Source: a virus
Reading direction: 5' to 3' (one strand)
Length of the DNA stretch: 64,000 nucleotides
IMG/VR virus record: IMGVR_UViG_3300027816_000056
The notes beneath the pieces are model-generated. The model searched no databases. It saw nothing but the letters and a program-made list of their open reading frames with translations, and was not told the DNA's origin. The stretch's first letter is position 1; the number at the start of each line of letters is the position of its first letter. Shown here piece by piece: positions 19,882 through 30,600 of the stretch. The translations under genes were made by a program, and so were the position numbers.

Positions 19882-20406
19882 TTAGAAATTTAAGAATGCC
19901 CAATCGTAACGAAGAGTCATTGAAATTTCAACAGGGTCTTCAGCTGACCAATCTACATCTCCAAATTTAGCAGATTGAATATACGCACCATTCAAGATCC
20001 ACTCTTCAATAATTTCACCCAATGGAGAAAGTTGACGTAAACGAATTTCTTTTTTATAAAATGAAGAATAGCCATCTCTACCGGTTGCAGATTCATGATG
20101 CAAACGTACCCATTCCATTACTGCTTGTGCAGCCGATGGGACAATTGGATCATACAACGTAATATCTAAAGCATTCCATTTAGATTTTCCTTTAACGTAA
20201 CGCTGAACGTTGATATGATCTAAAGTTACTTCCCCATTATCTATTTCTGGTTTTGCAGAAGTTTTAATTAGATATGCAGGTATTCCCTGAATCACCATAA
20301 TAAACTGATGTTTTTTCTTGGGTTCCCATGAATACGCTTTATTAAAGAAATCAACTTCAGCTCCAAAGTCAGCTAGAGCCGGATTCACTTGATCTATTAA
20401 TGCCAT
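19882..20406 (-). CDS. Tail tube protein (gp19-like)
   Basis: EPK, HIN..RYVKGK..W, TLYDPI, VMEW, EEWILNGA, LRYDWA; follows sheath. Confidence 0.9.
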   Translation of the reverse strand: MALIDQVNPALADFGAEVDFFNKAYSWEPKKKHQFIMVIQGIPAYLIKTSAKPEIDNGEVTLDHINVQRYVKGKSKWNALDITLYDPIVPSAAQAVMEWVRLHHESATGRDGYSSFYKKEIRLRQLSPLGEIIEEWILNGAYIQSAKFGDVDWSAEDPVEISMTLRYDWAFLNF

Positions 20407-20427
20407 TTTATTCCTTTGTTATTTTCT

Positions 20428-20437
20428 TATAAATATC
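20428..20437 (-). promoter_or_regulatory. GATATTTATA motif (putative late promoter)
   Basis: Immediately after the sheath terminator, upstream of the tube gene. Confidence 0.6.
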
Positions 20438-20446
20438 AAGCAAAGT

Positions 20447-20475
20447 AAAAAAGGTAGAACCAAAGTCCTACCTTT
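20447..20475 (-). terminator. Intrinsic terminator after sheath gene
   Basis: AAAGGTAGGAC-TTTG-GTTCTACCTTT-TTT. Confidence 0.85.
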
Positions 20476-20495
20476 CTTGTAAATCATTTTGATTT

Positions 20496-22958
20496 CTATT
20501 CTGGAAATGCTGCTCCCGTTGGTTGAATATTGAAATCTAGGATAATAAATTCTGCCGTACGAGTTGGCTGAAGGAATATTTGTCCGTAAAGAATGTTTTG
20601 ATCAATAATATCTGGTGTATTATTTGTTGCATCCATTACTACTCGAAACGCATATAAACCTTGCTGTGCACGTACTGATTCTAAATATGGATTAGCAATC
20701 TGAGCAAATCTATCACGAGTCTGTGTTGTATTTTGATCAAATACTAAATAACGAGTTGATGATGCAATAAACTTCTTAACCGCAATCAACAAACGACGCA
20801 CATTTACTCGGTCTAATGCACTTGGTCGAGCCTGTAAGGTCTTTTGACCCCAAATCACTACTCCATCGTTAGGGAAGTTCGCAATAGGATTAATGCGAGC
20901 TTCATACAATGTATTTCGATCTGCTTGTGATAAATTTTGATATGTATCAGATACTGTAGTCAATCCCCCTCTGTTCAAACCAGCTGGTGCATACCATGGA
21001 GCTGAAACTGCATCATTAAATGCTAATGCCCCTGGAACAACAACACTTGGTGGAACCCAAAGTGGAACATTGTTTGCAGGATTTGTAATTCTTACCCATG
21101 GCCAATATGTTGCCGTATAATTGTTATCCAAAGTAGTGATATCATTAACAACCGTAGAAATTGAATCTGTCAATGCATTAGAATCCATTACATAGAATGC
21201 ATCTTGACGATTAGTTACTAAATTTCTTGCAAGAGTTGTTACTGCACTATGTTTGCTTTGCAATATACCTGGAGTTATAAGCATATTGAAATCATAATAA
21301 TCTGTATTAGATAACAATGTAAATGCTTTATTATATGCTTTAGTACCAGTTGCAGTAGCCGTACTACAATCAAATCCAAATACATTAGTATTTGCTATAT
21401 TGGTTCCTGAATATTTTGGTAAGTTTGGACGAGATCCATCAAAACCACCTTGGAATGGAACAATGAATTTTCTTGTAGTGGTAGCTACATTGCTAGTAAA
21501 ATAGTTAGTACCAGTTGTTAAAGCAGTTTCTATAGATCCGGTATACGGTGCAGTTAATGAAGGGAATGCTGCCTGTGTATCTTGACTAACATTTCCTAGA
21601 TAGAAATCTGCATTGCTACCCGTTGTAGAACCTGATGATGGTGTTGGTGCTAAATAATTTAAATTAGTAGTATTTGTAAAATCAAATCCAAAATAGTTAT
21701 TTGCATTGTATATGTTAGATACTACTTGAGAAGTATTATATGCTGCAGCAGTTAAATTCAATGAACCAGAAACTAATGGAATTGGTGAACTAGGTGCACG
21801 GAATCCAAATGGAATCAATGTTTTTTCATTAGTTTTATTTGCAACACCATCTGTTACTTCTACACGAATGTATTTTGAAAGATTTGGATAATCGCCATTA
21901 ACAACAATATTTCCAGCATCAGTTACAGTTTGATAACGATTACCAATTCTACGTGCAATATAATTAGGAGAATCTGGATCTAAGTTACAATTTAAATATG
22001 TCTCAACAATATCAGGTGTTTGATCTGTATCTTGTGATGCATATGGTGAATTTGGAATATTTGCAGTATTAACTCGTCGTACTTCTACTGTAAATGTACC
22101 ATATCCATTTGGATCTGCAACTTCTGATGCAGTTCTTACATCTCGAATACCAACTTTAACTTCATGACTCACAGAAGTACCATGTGATAATGTATGAAAC
22201 TTAAATAAATTTTTAGTAACCGTACCAATTTTTTGTGAAGTAATCCACGGGGTTGCTGCAGTTGAATAATCAGTTAAGAAATAATAGTTATTCAATATTC
22301 CTAATTCAATAGTAACATCTCCTAAATTATTAAAGAGACTTGTAGCGCTAGAATTTTCATATTGAACATACACAGGATAATCTAAAGATTTTGGAGAATT
22401 ACCAAATATTTTAGTTACGTAGTTATTTTTAGTGGAATCAATTGATGCTGATATGCTAGAACCATTTCCAGATAAAAATGCACTGAATCCAGGTACCGTA
22501 GTAGTTCCGAATGATCCTGACAACGTTAATACAAAACTTCCAGAAGGACCATTTGTTATTGCGGATTGTTCAAATACATTGGTAGTTGAATCTACATATG
22601 ATACTGGTTGAGTTGGATGAAGTACGTGCGTTACTGCTTGTACTGATCCTGATTTTGCAATAACGGCCAATCCGCCGTTTCTTAATCCATATCCATCTTC
22701 ATATAAAAGACGTGTTACGGTAATTACATTTCCATTTCTCAAATATTCTTCAACTGTAAATGGTACATATGAATCTGAGGTATATGAACCAAATATTTGT
22801 TGAAATTCAGAGAAAGATGAAACTTTTGTTGGTATTAGTGCCGGTCCTTTTACAGTTGGACCTACAATTGCAGCACCAATTTGACCGATAGCTTGTGGTA
22901 AAAATGATTGATCTACTTCTCTCGTAAATACCCCGGCTGATACAATTCTTTCTGCCAT
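20496..22958 (-). CDS. Tail sheath protein (gp18-like)
   Basis: SAGVFTREVDQS, GPTVKGP, YWPW, WYAPAGLNRG, INPI, WGQKTL, RVNVRRL, PTRTAEFI. Confidence 0.96.
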   Translation of the reverse strand: MAERIVSAGVFTREVDQSFLPQAIGQIGAAIVGPTVKGPALIPTKVSSFSEFQQIFGSYTSDSYVPFTVEEYLRNGNVITVTRLLYEDGYGLRNGGLAVIAKSGSVQAVTHVLHPTQPVSYVDSTTNVFEQSAITNGPSGSFVLTLSGSFGTTTVPGFSAFLSGNGSSISASIDSTKNNYVTKIFGNSPKSLDYPVYVQYENSSATSLFNNLGDVTIELGILNNYYFLTDYSTAATPWITSQKIGTVTKNLFKFHTLSHGTSVSHEVKVGIRDVRTASEVADPNGYGTFTVEVRRVNTANIPNSPYASQDTDQTPDIVETYLNCNLDPDSPNYIARRIGNRYQTVTDAGNIVVNGDYPNLSKYIRVEVTDGVANKTNEKTLIPFGFRAPSSPIPLVSGSLNLTAAAYNTSQVVSNIYNANNYFGFDFTNTTNLNYLAPTPSSGSTTGSNADFYLGNVSQDTQAAFPSLTAPYTGSIETALTTGTNYFTSNVATTTRKFIVPFQGGFDGSRPNLPKYSGTNIANTNVFGFDCSTATATGTKAYNKAFTLLSNTDYYDFNMLITPGILQSKHSAVTTLARNLVTNRQDAFYVMDSNALTDSISTVVNDITTLDNNYTATYWPWVRITNPANNVPLWVPPSVVVPGALAFNDAVSAPWYAPAGLNRGGLTTVSDTYQNLSQADRNTLYEARINPIANFPNDGVVIWGQKTLQARPSALDRVNVRRLLIAVKKFIASSTRYLVFDQNTTQTRDRFAQIANPYLESVRAQQGLYAFRVVMDATNNTPDIIDQNILYGQIFLQPTRTAEFIILDFNIQPTGAAFPE

Positions 22959-22983
22959 TAAATTACTCCTTTGATTTGTTTAG

Positions 22984-22993
22984 TATAAATATA
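22984..22993 (-). promoter_or_regulatory. TATATTTATA motif upstream of sheath
   Basis: Variant of the recurring motif; SD AAGGAG at 22966-22971. Confidence 0.55.
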
Positions 22994-23010
22994 TAAAACG
23001 ATGTGCTGAC

Positions 23011-23280
23011 CTACACACTAGGAGTAAATGTTCCAGAAGATATATCAATTTGTCCGTCGCCGTATCGTTCTTTAAGTGTTTCAATTAATTGAGACTCTTC
23101 TTCTCGAAGTCGATCAAATTGCGACATCAATTCATCATAACGTGCTTCTATTTGTTCGCGTTGGCGTTCAATAAGTTTCAATTCAATTGATACATTACCT
23201 AACCATCCGGCGTTTTCTGCAAAGCGTGTTCGCAGATCTTGTATTGCATCTAAGTGTTCTTTGTCTAGTTTTCTTGTCAT
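23011..23280 (-). CDS. Small coiled-coil protein
   Basis: Heptad pattern, C-terminal YGDGQIDISSGTF; TTTG-type promoter at 23297-23328. Confidence 0.7.
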   Translation of the reverse strand: MTRKLDKEHLDAIQDLRTRFAENAGWLGNVSIELKLIERQREQIEARYDELMSQFDRLREEESQLIETLKERYGDGQIDISSGTFTPSV

Positions 23281-23330
23281 ACGTAACCTTTTCTTGATAT
23301 AATAAGAAATGTTTTGTTAAGAACCAAATA

Positions 23331-24311
23331 TTACCAACATACAATTAATACTAATCCATCACCACCATTTCCACCTCTACCACCAGTAGTACCAGCTCCA
23401 CCACCACCGCCACCACAACCGATTCCTCCGTTTCCTCCTTGTCCACCTGTACCAGATGCAATACTTCCTCCCCCGGTACCTCCGGTATGTAAAAACGGTT
23501 TAAGTGATCTGATTCCGGGATTTCCATTACCGCCGTTGGCAGCGCCTCCAGCTAAAGTGTTGCTAGGAAGATAAATACCACTTCCTTCAGAATCAACAGC
23601 TCCTGGTAAGATTATTCCGCCACCTGTTCCGCTGGTAGAATTTGTAGCACCGCCTCCACCTGTACCGCCAGTTAAAGGACTTAGATTCCATAGTGCAGTT
23701 AAATTAACAGCATTTGGAGTACCTGAACTTCCTCCAGCAGTTCCTATTTGTCCTGCATATCCAGCATTACCGGCAGTTCCGGTATTTGAAAAAAATCCTA
23801 ACTTTGATATTGGACCATTATTAGCTATACCTGTTGCTCCAGGTGCTGCTCCAGCTGTTCCTCCGTTACCAGCGCCGCCCGCGTTTCCTCCATTTGCTGA
23901 TACTATTACACTAGGTACTGTTGTACCCCCAGATAATCCTGCTCCTAATGTCACAAAGGTTGAGGTACCGCTACTACCCCCATTACCAGCATCTCCACCA
24001 TTACCGCCGATGCCTACATAAATTTTTAATGAATCCGGAATAAAAACTGTTGGAATTATGATAGAAGTAATACCGCCGCATGATCCACCACCACCACCGC
24101 CTTTGTTACCAGCAGCTGATTGACCACCACCACCGCCACCACCACTGCCAATGCAGAGTATATACATCATGGTAATGCCACGTGGTTTAGTCCAAGTCTG
24201 CCAATTCTGTGTTGCGGATGTGGGTCTGCCTGATGCAAAAAACATTTGCACGTCTCCTTTGAATTGAGACGGTAAAAAACCAAAATCTGAAGATGAGTTT
24301 CCAAAAAACAT
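23331..24311 (-). CDS. Glycine-rich adhesin-like protein, paralogue 3
   Basis: WTKP, CIGSGGGGGGG, C-terminal GGNGGDGLVLIVCW; polyglycine receptor-binding architecture (gp38-like). Confidence 0.7.
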   Translation of the reverse strand: MFFGNSSSDFGFLPSQFKGDVQMFFASGRPTSATQNWQTWTKPRGITMMYILCIGSGGGGGGGQSAAGNKGGGGGGSCGGITSIIIPTVFIPDSLKIYVGIGGNGGDAGNGGSSGTSTFVTLGAGLSGGTTVPSVIVSANGGNAGGAGNGGTAGAAPGATGIANNGPISKLGFFSNTGTAGNAGYAGQIGTAGGSSGTPNAVNLTALWNLSPLTGGTGGGGATNSTSGTGGGIILPGAVDSEGSGIYLPSNTLAGGAANGGNGNPGIRSLKPFLHTGGTGGGSIASGTGGQGGNGGIGCGGGGGGAGTTGGRGGNGGDGLVLIVCW

Positions 24312-24315
24312 ACAT

Positions 24316-25338
24316 TTACCAACTAATAATTACTACTAAACCATCACCACCGTTACCTCCACGACCTCCGGTAGTACCAGCTCCGCCTCCACCTCCACCA
24401 CAACCATATCCCCCATCACCACCATTGCCTCCGGCTGCATTATCAGAAGATCCTCCTCCAGTGCCACCGGTGTTTAAGAATGGCCTCCATAATTTAATTC
24501 CAGGACTACCGTTTCCTCCAGGGACACCGGCTGAACCCGCTGTTCCACCAACTAAAAGATTAGTAGCAGGTGTAATTGTTCCGCCGGCATAATCTACAGC
24601 TGTAGGTCCAGATATACTTATATTTCCACCAGCAAATCCTGCCTGAGCTGGGGTATTAATTCCGGCGCCGCCCGATCCAGGAGTGGTTGATATTGAAGCC
24701 CATGCATTAGCAAAACTAGCGCCAACTGCTCCGGTATGGACACCGCCGGCGGCACCATTTTGACCTGCATATCCGGCATTTGTAGCTAATATTGTTGCAG
24801 AAAATAATCCTGCCTTTCCTATAGGCCCTAGTGAAGCAATTGTTACAGCAGATCCGCCGCCTCCAAGTCCGCCAGCGGCTGCAGTTGTACCAGCACCGCC
24901 CCCTGTACTTGGATTTGCTTGTAATATTAAGTTAGGTATTACTAGTCCAGAACCAACACCTGTACCTAACGATATATATGAAGAATTTCCAGAGTTACCG
25001 GCGTTATTAGCATCGCCGCCAGCTCCACCAGCACCTACTGAAATTTTTAATGCATTTGGAAGAAAAATCGCAGGTACCATTAAAGTAGTAACTCCGGCGC
25101 CCCCAGCACCACCACCACCTCCTCGAGTCGTATTTGATGCACCACTTCTACCGCCACCACCGCCGCCACCGGCACCGATACAAAGCATATAAACCATAGT
25201 AACACCTTTTGGTTTAATCCATTGTTGCCAATTCTGTGTTGCTGTAGATGTTACTCCTGTTGAAAAAAACATCTGAACATCCCCGTTAAATTGAGATGTT
25301 AAGAATCCAAAATCTGATGGTGACTTCCCAAATTGCAT
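24316..25338 (-). CDS. Glycine-rich adhesin-like protein, paralogue 2
   Basis: Same conserved termini and Gly blocks as its neighbours. Confidence 0.7.
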   Translation of the reverse strand: MQFGKSPSDFGFLTSQFNGDVQMFFSTGVTSTATQNWQQWIKPKGVTMVYMLCIGAGGGGGGGRSGASNTTRGGGGGAGGAGVTTLMVPAIFLPNALKISVGAGGAGGDANNAGNSGNSSYISLGTGVGSGLVIPNLILQANPSTGGGAGTTAAAGGLGGGGSAVTIASLGPIGKAGLFSATILATNAGYAGQNGAAGGVHTGAVGASFANAWASISTTPGSGGAGINTPAQAGFAGGNISISGPTAVDYAGGTITPATNLLVGGTAGSAGVPGGNGSPGIKLWRPFLNTGGTGGGSSDNAAGGNGGDGGYGCGGGGGGAGTTGGRGGNGGDGLVVIISW

Positions 25339-25347
25339 ATATTTACC

Positions 25348-26364
25348 TTACCAGCTTACTATCATTACTAAACCATCACCACCATTGCCGCCCCTACCTC
25401 CGGTAGTGCCGCCACCACCTCCACCTCCGCCGCAGCCGTAGCCACCGATGCCGCCATCACCTCCAACTTGATTAGAAGCAGATCCACCTCCACTTCCTCC
25501 AGTATTTAAAAATGGTTTAAGTGATTTTATTCCTGCGCTTCCATTTCCTCCAATAATGGTCGCGTTACCTGCCGTTCCGCCGGTTATTTTATTAGCTGAT
25601 GGGGTAAAATTTCCATCATCAAAACTCACTACTGCCTGTAAAGAAATATTCCCCCCAGCAAATCCGGTGTTTGCAGTAGTACCAACTCCCGCACCGCCAC
25701 TACCTCCGCTAAGCGGTGATACGTTAAATACGGCAGTTATAGCCGTACCATTAGCCCCAGTTTGTGCACCTCCAGCAGTTCCAGATTGTCCCGCAAATCC
25801 TGCATTTAACGCATTTCCATTACCTGGGAAGAATCCTAGTTTGCTTATAGGTCCATGGACGGCTATTGTTGTTACGGTACCGGCAGCACCGCCACCGCCA
25901 CCTTGCAATGACGTACCAGTACCTCCATTAGTGCCTCCTAGTGCTCGTAATATTAAATTAGGATTTGAAATTCCCGTTGTTAATGATGAACCTAATGATA
26001 TATACGATGGACCACCTGAAAGTGCTGGGCTAGAAGATATTCCACCTTGACCACCAGCACCTACTGAAATTTTTAATGAATCTGGTATTAAAATAGCAGG
26101 GAGTAATAAAGTAGTTATAGCACCACTTCCGCCACCGCCGCCGCCTCCTCTAGCATTGCCAGTAGCAGCCGAAAAACCTCCACCACCACCTCCACCACCT
26201 CCGATACACATCATATATACCATTGATGTTCCTTTTGGTTTAGTCCAAGTCTGCCAGTTTTGAGTTTGCGTAGGAGCTATTCCTGTTGGAGTAAATACTT
26301 GCACATCACCTTTAAAGCTAGGAGGTAAAAATCCAAAGTCTGATGGTGAATTTCCGAAAAACAT
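25348..26364 (-). CDS. Glycine-rich adhesin-like protein, paralogue 1
   Basis: Same conserved termini and Gly blocks as its neighbours. Confidence 0.7.
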   Translation of the reverse strand: MFFGNSPSDFGFLPPSFKGDVQVFTPTGIAPTQTQNWQTWTKPKGTSMVYMMCIGGGGGGGGGFSAATGNARGGGGGGGSGAITTLLLPAILIPDSLKISVGAGGQGGISSSPALSGGPSYISLGSSLTTGISNPNLILRALGGTNGGTGTSLQGGGGGAAGTVTTIAVHGPISKLGFFPGNGNALNAGFAGQSGTAGGAQTGANGTAITAVFNVSPLSGGSGGAGVGTTANTGFAGGNISLQAVVSFDDGNFTPSANKITGGTAGNATIIGGNGSAGIKSLKPFLNTGGSGGGSASNQVGGDGGIGGYGCGGGGGGGGTTGGRGGNGGDGLVMIVSW

Positions 26365-26380
26365 AACTATTTCTTACTAA

Positions 26381-26833
26381 TTAATAATCACCACCAAATA
26401 CTGTTGCTTGCCATCGTTGGTTGGTAGTTTGTGCAATATGTTGAGAAACTAATATATAATGACTTGATGGTATTGCTATGTTTAATGGTATTTCATAGTA
26501 TGAAACTGCATTAGTTGAGTTTGCTGTTGAAATAATTGGTACTGAAATTTCTGCTAATAGATTGGTATCTGAATCGGTGGTAGTTCCTGTGTTCACTGAG
26601 CTTAAAAATACTCGAAGTGTAGTTGCAACAGAGTTAACTGCTGCAGCTGATGCTACTGGTATAAATCTTACACGTTGTACAAAACTTCCGTTTGCTCCGG
26701 CACTAAATGCAAGAAATATATCTGTACCCACCGTACCTCCTCCAGCAGAACTAACGTTAGCTGCAGTTGTTGTAATTTTTGCTTCACCTACATTTGGTGT
26801 TAATGCGAATATTGGACTTGTATTTGCTGGCAT
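26381..26833 (-). CDS. Small beta-rich tail fibre-associated protein (possible adhesin adaptor)
   Basis: MPANTSPIF...GGDY; between fibre and adhesins; late motif at 26856-26865. Confidence 0.55.
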   Translation of the reverse strand: MPANTSPIFALTPNVGEAKITTTAANVSSAGGGTVGTDIFLAFSAGANGSFVQRVRFIPVASAAAVNSVATTLRVFLSSVNTGTTTDSDTNLLAEISVPIISTANSTNAVSYYEIPLNIAIPSSHYILVSQHIAQTTNQRWQATVFGGDY

Positions 26834-26863
26834 AATTTTTTCTTTTTTATTTTATTATAAATA

Positions 26864-27586
26864 TCAAAATCCAGAAAATGGATACATTGTTTGTGTTATA
26901 GCTATAACTTTACCAAAATCCGTTCCTGCTGAAGGTGTTGAATTTAATGCATATGATGCTGTTAACGCAAATGAAGCTGTTCCTTGTAGTGAACCGGTAA
27001 ATGAATTTGCTGTAACATTGCCGGTTACTGCTAATGTAGATCCATCAAAAGTTGCATTAGATTCTCCATTCAAAGTTGCTGCAGTTCCAGTTGCTGTTAC
27101 TAAGTAATTATCTGTGTTATTATTTATAGTTACTCCGCCACCCCCTGGTGCCCATGATGCTGATACTGCAAATGAAGCTGTTCCTTGTAGTGATCCCGTA
27201 AAACTGTTTGCTGTTACATTACCAGTAACTGCTAATGTTGAACCATCAAATGTTAGATTAGATTCGCCATTTAACTCTGGTGTTGTACCGGTCGCTGTTA
27301 TTACTCTATTGTTAATGTTACCGGCAGCAAATGTAGTGCCTCCGCCGCCTCCTGGTGCCCATGATGCTGATACTGCAAATGAAGCTGACACTACTGAGTT
27401 TGCACCATATGGCCCATATACTCCAGATGCAGTAACAAATGAAGCAGTTGACGCGGTGGTTACTGATCCTAATAAGTTTTGTGCTGTTGTAGCAAAACTT
27501 GCCGTACCTTGTAATGATCCCGTTGCATCGAGAGATGCTACGGTTAAATTTGTAATACTACCAGAGTCTGTATAAAATATAGGCAT
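26864..27586 (-). CDS. Short tail fibre-like protein with internal duplication
   Basis: Two ~67-69 aa repeats (N.V.TATGT...LNGESN.TFDGSTLAVTGNVTANSFTGSLQGTASFA); late motif at 27591-27600. Confidence 0.65.
   Translation of the reverse strand: MPIFYTDSGSITNLTVASLDATGSLQGTASFATTAQNLLGSVTTASTASFVTASGVYGPYGANSVVSASFAVSASWAPGGGGGTTFAAGNINNRVITATGTTPELNGESNLTFDGSTLAVTGNVTANSFTGSLQGTASFAVSASWAPGGGGVTINNNTDNYLVTATGTAATLNGESNATFDGSTLAVTGNVTANSFTGSLQGTASFALTASYALNSTPSAGTDFGKVIAITQTMYPFSGF
26967..27387. repeat. Tandem ~200 bp duplication in the fibre gene
   Basis: 37 nt identical at 27144-27180 and 27351-27387; 26 nt identical at 26967-26992 and 27168-27193. Confidence 0.9.
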
Positions 27587-27601
27587 ATATTATAAATATC
27601 T

Positions 27602-30600
27602 TTACATGTTAAATTCACCCGTACGAATTGCTTGCCAAAATACATCGTTAGTAATTGCAACAGAGCTATTTGAATTAATTTTAAATCCAGCAGGGCCGAC
27701 ATCTTGAACGGTCCATGATCTAGCATCTCCTCCTGTTACAGTTACTGTATATGTACCTGGAAATTGTGTTGCAAATGTTACTGTATAAATTAACGGAGTT
27801 CCAGAAAAACTATTTCCTTTTGCAACTCCAGATTTTACAACCATTCCGTTAACATATGAAGCGGTTGCAGCATATGATGCAGAAGTAGCAAAGCTAGCTG
27901 TACCTTGCAATGAACCGGTAATACCAGAAGTTACACTTAAATTACCCAATACATCAACAGTGGTTGTACTAACTCTAAATACATCAGCTCTTGTAGAATC
28001 ATTCGCGCCGGCACCTATAACAAAAAGTGATGTAGTATTGCCATGTTGATTGTATTGTCCAATAACTAGTTGTCCTGACCCAGATGCAATTGTTCCAAGT
28101 CCTTCCGCATGCGAGTAATCTCCTAGCGCAATTGTACTTTGACCTTCAGCATGAGAATATAATCCAATGGTGCGTGTTGAAAATCCTTCGGCGTGAGATG
28201 CCTCTCCAATTGTAGTAGTGTCACGTCCTTCGGCGTGTGAATACGTACCAAGTGCACGAGTGTTAAGCCCTTCAGCATGAGAATAGTTTCCAGCTGCACA
28301 TGAACCCCTACCTTCAGCATGCGATGATAATCCTATAGAAAATACACTATTACCCTCAGCGTGTGAATATTGTCCTAATGCAGTTGAATTTGTACCTTCT
28401 GCATGAGCGTGTTGAGCAGCATATGGTTGGTCTCCAATCCAACTAACCGGAGCATTATCTAGATCGCCAACAACTGCTGTGGTAGTTGTTATGGAAGGAT
28501 CTTGTAGAAAAATTAACGTTGAAGCACCATCAAACGATGCAGAATCTATAACAACAGCTGTTGTACCATATGAATAATCATATAATGTATCATCTAGATA
28601 CAAATATGATCCATTTGCAAAATAAAATGCAATGTCTCCATATGATGCAGATAATGATGCCGTGCCTGCAGTTACCGATGTTGCTAAATATCCATTTGTT
28701 CCACCAGTCGATGTAACACTACCTTCAGTGTGTGAATAATTACCAACCGCTGTTGTAATATATCCTTCTGCATGTGAATATAAACCAGATGCTACCGTAG
28801 TTTCGCCATGTTGCAAACTTTGACTTGTATGTATGAACGAAAAACTTGCAGTTGCTGCAAATGAACCTGCTTTATTATATTGAATCTCATTGTTGTTTCC
28901 TGCTGCTGCTACGTATGAAGCTGTTGTAGAATTTGTTGCGTTTACAGCCCAACTTGCCGTACCTTGTAATGATCCAGTAAATGTTGATGAAATGGAAGTA
29001 GCGTTAGTTACGTTATATCCACCCATATTCAAATTACCAGACATTGCACGTGTACCATTGACAAGCAAATACTGCTGATGGTCATCAGCATTTAATCCTA
29101 ACAAGTTTCCATGCACAGATGATGCATTTACACCCGCTGCTCGGAATCCAATAATTGGACGTATATCTTGTATTTGTGTAATGTTTGCTGAACCAGATTG
29201 TACGTATATAGAAGCTAATGCAACTACGCCATCAGAAAAATAAGTTGGTGGTGCCGGTAGACCGGCATTCTCTGCTTCAACTAGTGTTGCATATTGACTT
29301 GGATTGATTACTAAAAAATATTCCTCATCCGGTCCTCGGCCAACTGTATACAAACTATGCTTAGTGTAGTAGGATGCAGACATTGCAACCAATGCACTAC
29401 CGGAGTTGTATACGTTATTTGGTACTAGTGTTTGCGATGATTTATTCCAACCAAACGCTCCTGATCCTGATTGGTAGTATTGTGTAAATGCAATTGCACT
29501 ACCGCCAGTTGGATCATATTCGTTTTCTCCAAAGTAATACAAACCAGCTGTTACATCAAGTTGACGAGGCGTTATATCTTCCGATACTATACACCCTTGA
29601 GCAAATACCGGACCTAATGCATTTCTATTAAACTTAGATAATGCATTTGACATATGTGCTGCAAAATATGGACTATTGTCTACTAACTCGATTCCTGTAT
29701 CATTTGTTACAACGCGGCCTAATATAATGTTATGCGCACTAGGAGGTTGTATTGCGTTAGCTGTTAGTGTTGCAGTTTCATCAATGAATATGTAGTTATC
29801 GGTATTTGGTGATAAGGTTAGATTGGTATCGGCCCAATCAATTCTTTGAAATACTTCCGTACCCATGTTATGTAAATAACCATATCCAGCTGCTGTCGTA
29901 ATAGTTAAACTTCCGGAAATTGTTATGTTACCTCCAGACATTACCCCCATCGGACTACCTTCGAAAATTAGTGTCGATGCATCTGTATGAGTACCATCTG
30001 CAAATGTTACTGATAATTTTCTTGTAATGTCTAATTCACCATCCGTTTCATCTAGAAATGTCCAAAAGAAGTTTTGACTTGCATTAGTTATTTTACTATG
30101 ATCAGCAGTACCTTGGAATCTGCAAGATGCACTAGGATGTAGAATTTCAAAATCATAATTCACTGAATCGTGGATCATGGATCCTACTATATTGAAGCTT
30201 GATGAGTTTGCTAAGTTTGGAATATATACTGCAGAACCCCAACCTGGCATATCCATTCCTAAACCCTGAAGGTCTGCACCATTTTCAAGTTGAATAGCTA
30301 CCGAAGTTGCATCTCCTTCACCAATTAGACCAGCTGCATAAATATCCATTTCTGCTACACCACCTACAGCATAATTTGCAATTAACCCGGTGGCTCCTAT
30401 CGGAAACTGATAGTAATTTTCTAAACTTGCTAATGCTTGATATCCATTTGATGAACTTACAAAACTACCCGTACTATAAACTCCATTATAATCTAAATAC
30501 TCACCATAAAATTTAGTATCTTGCGTTCTTGATATAACTGTAACACACATATCGCAATCGTAAAAAGAAACTTTATGTGCTTGTGCAAAATCTCCAATAT

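Noticed and set aside
23314-27575. Pro-rich plus-strand ORFs
   Set aside because: Antisense shadows of Gly codons in the adhesin and fibre genes.
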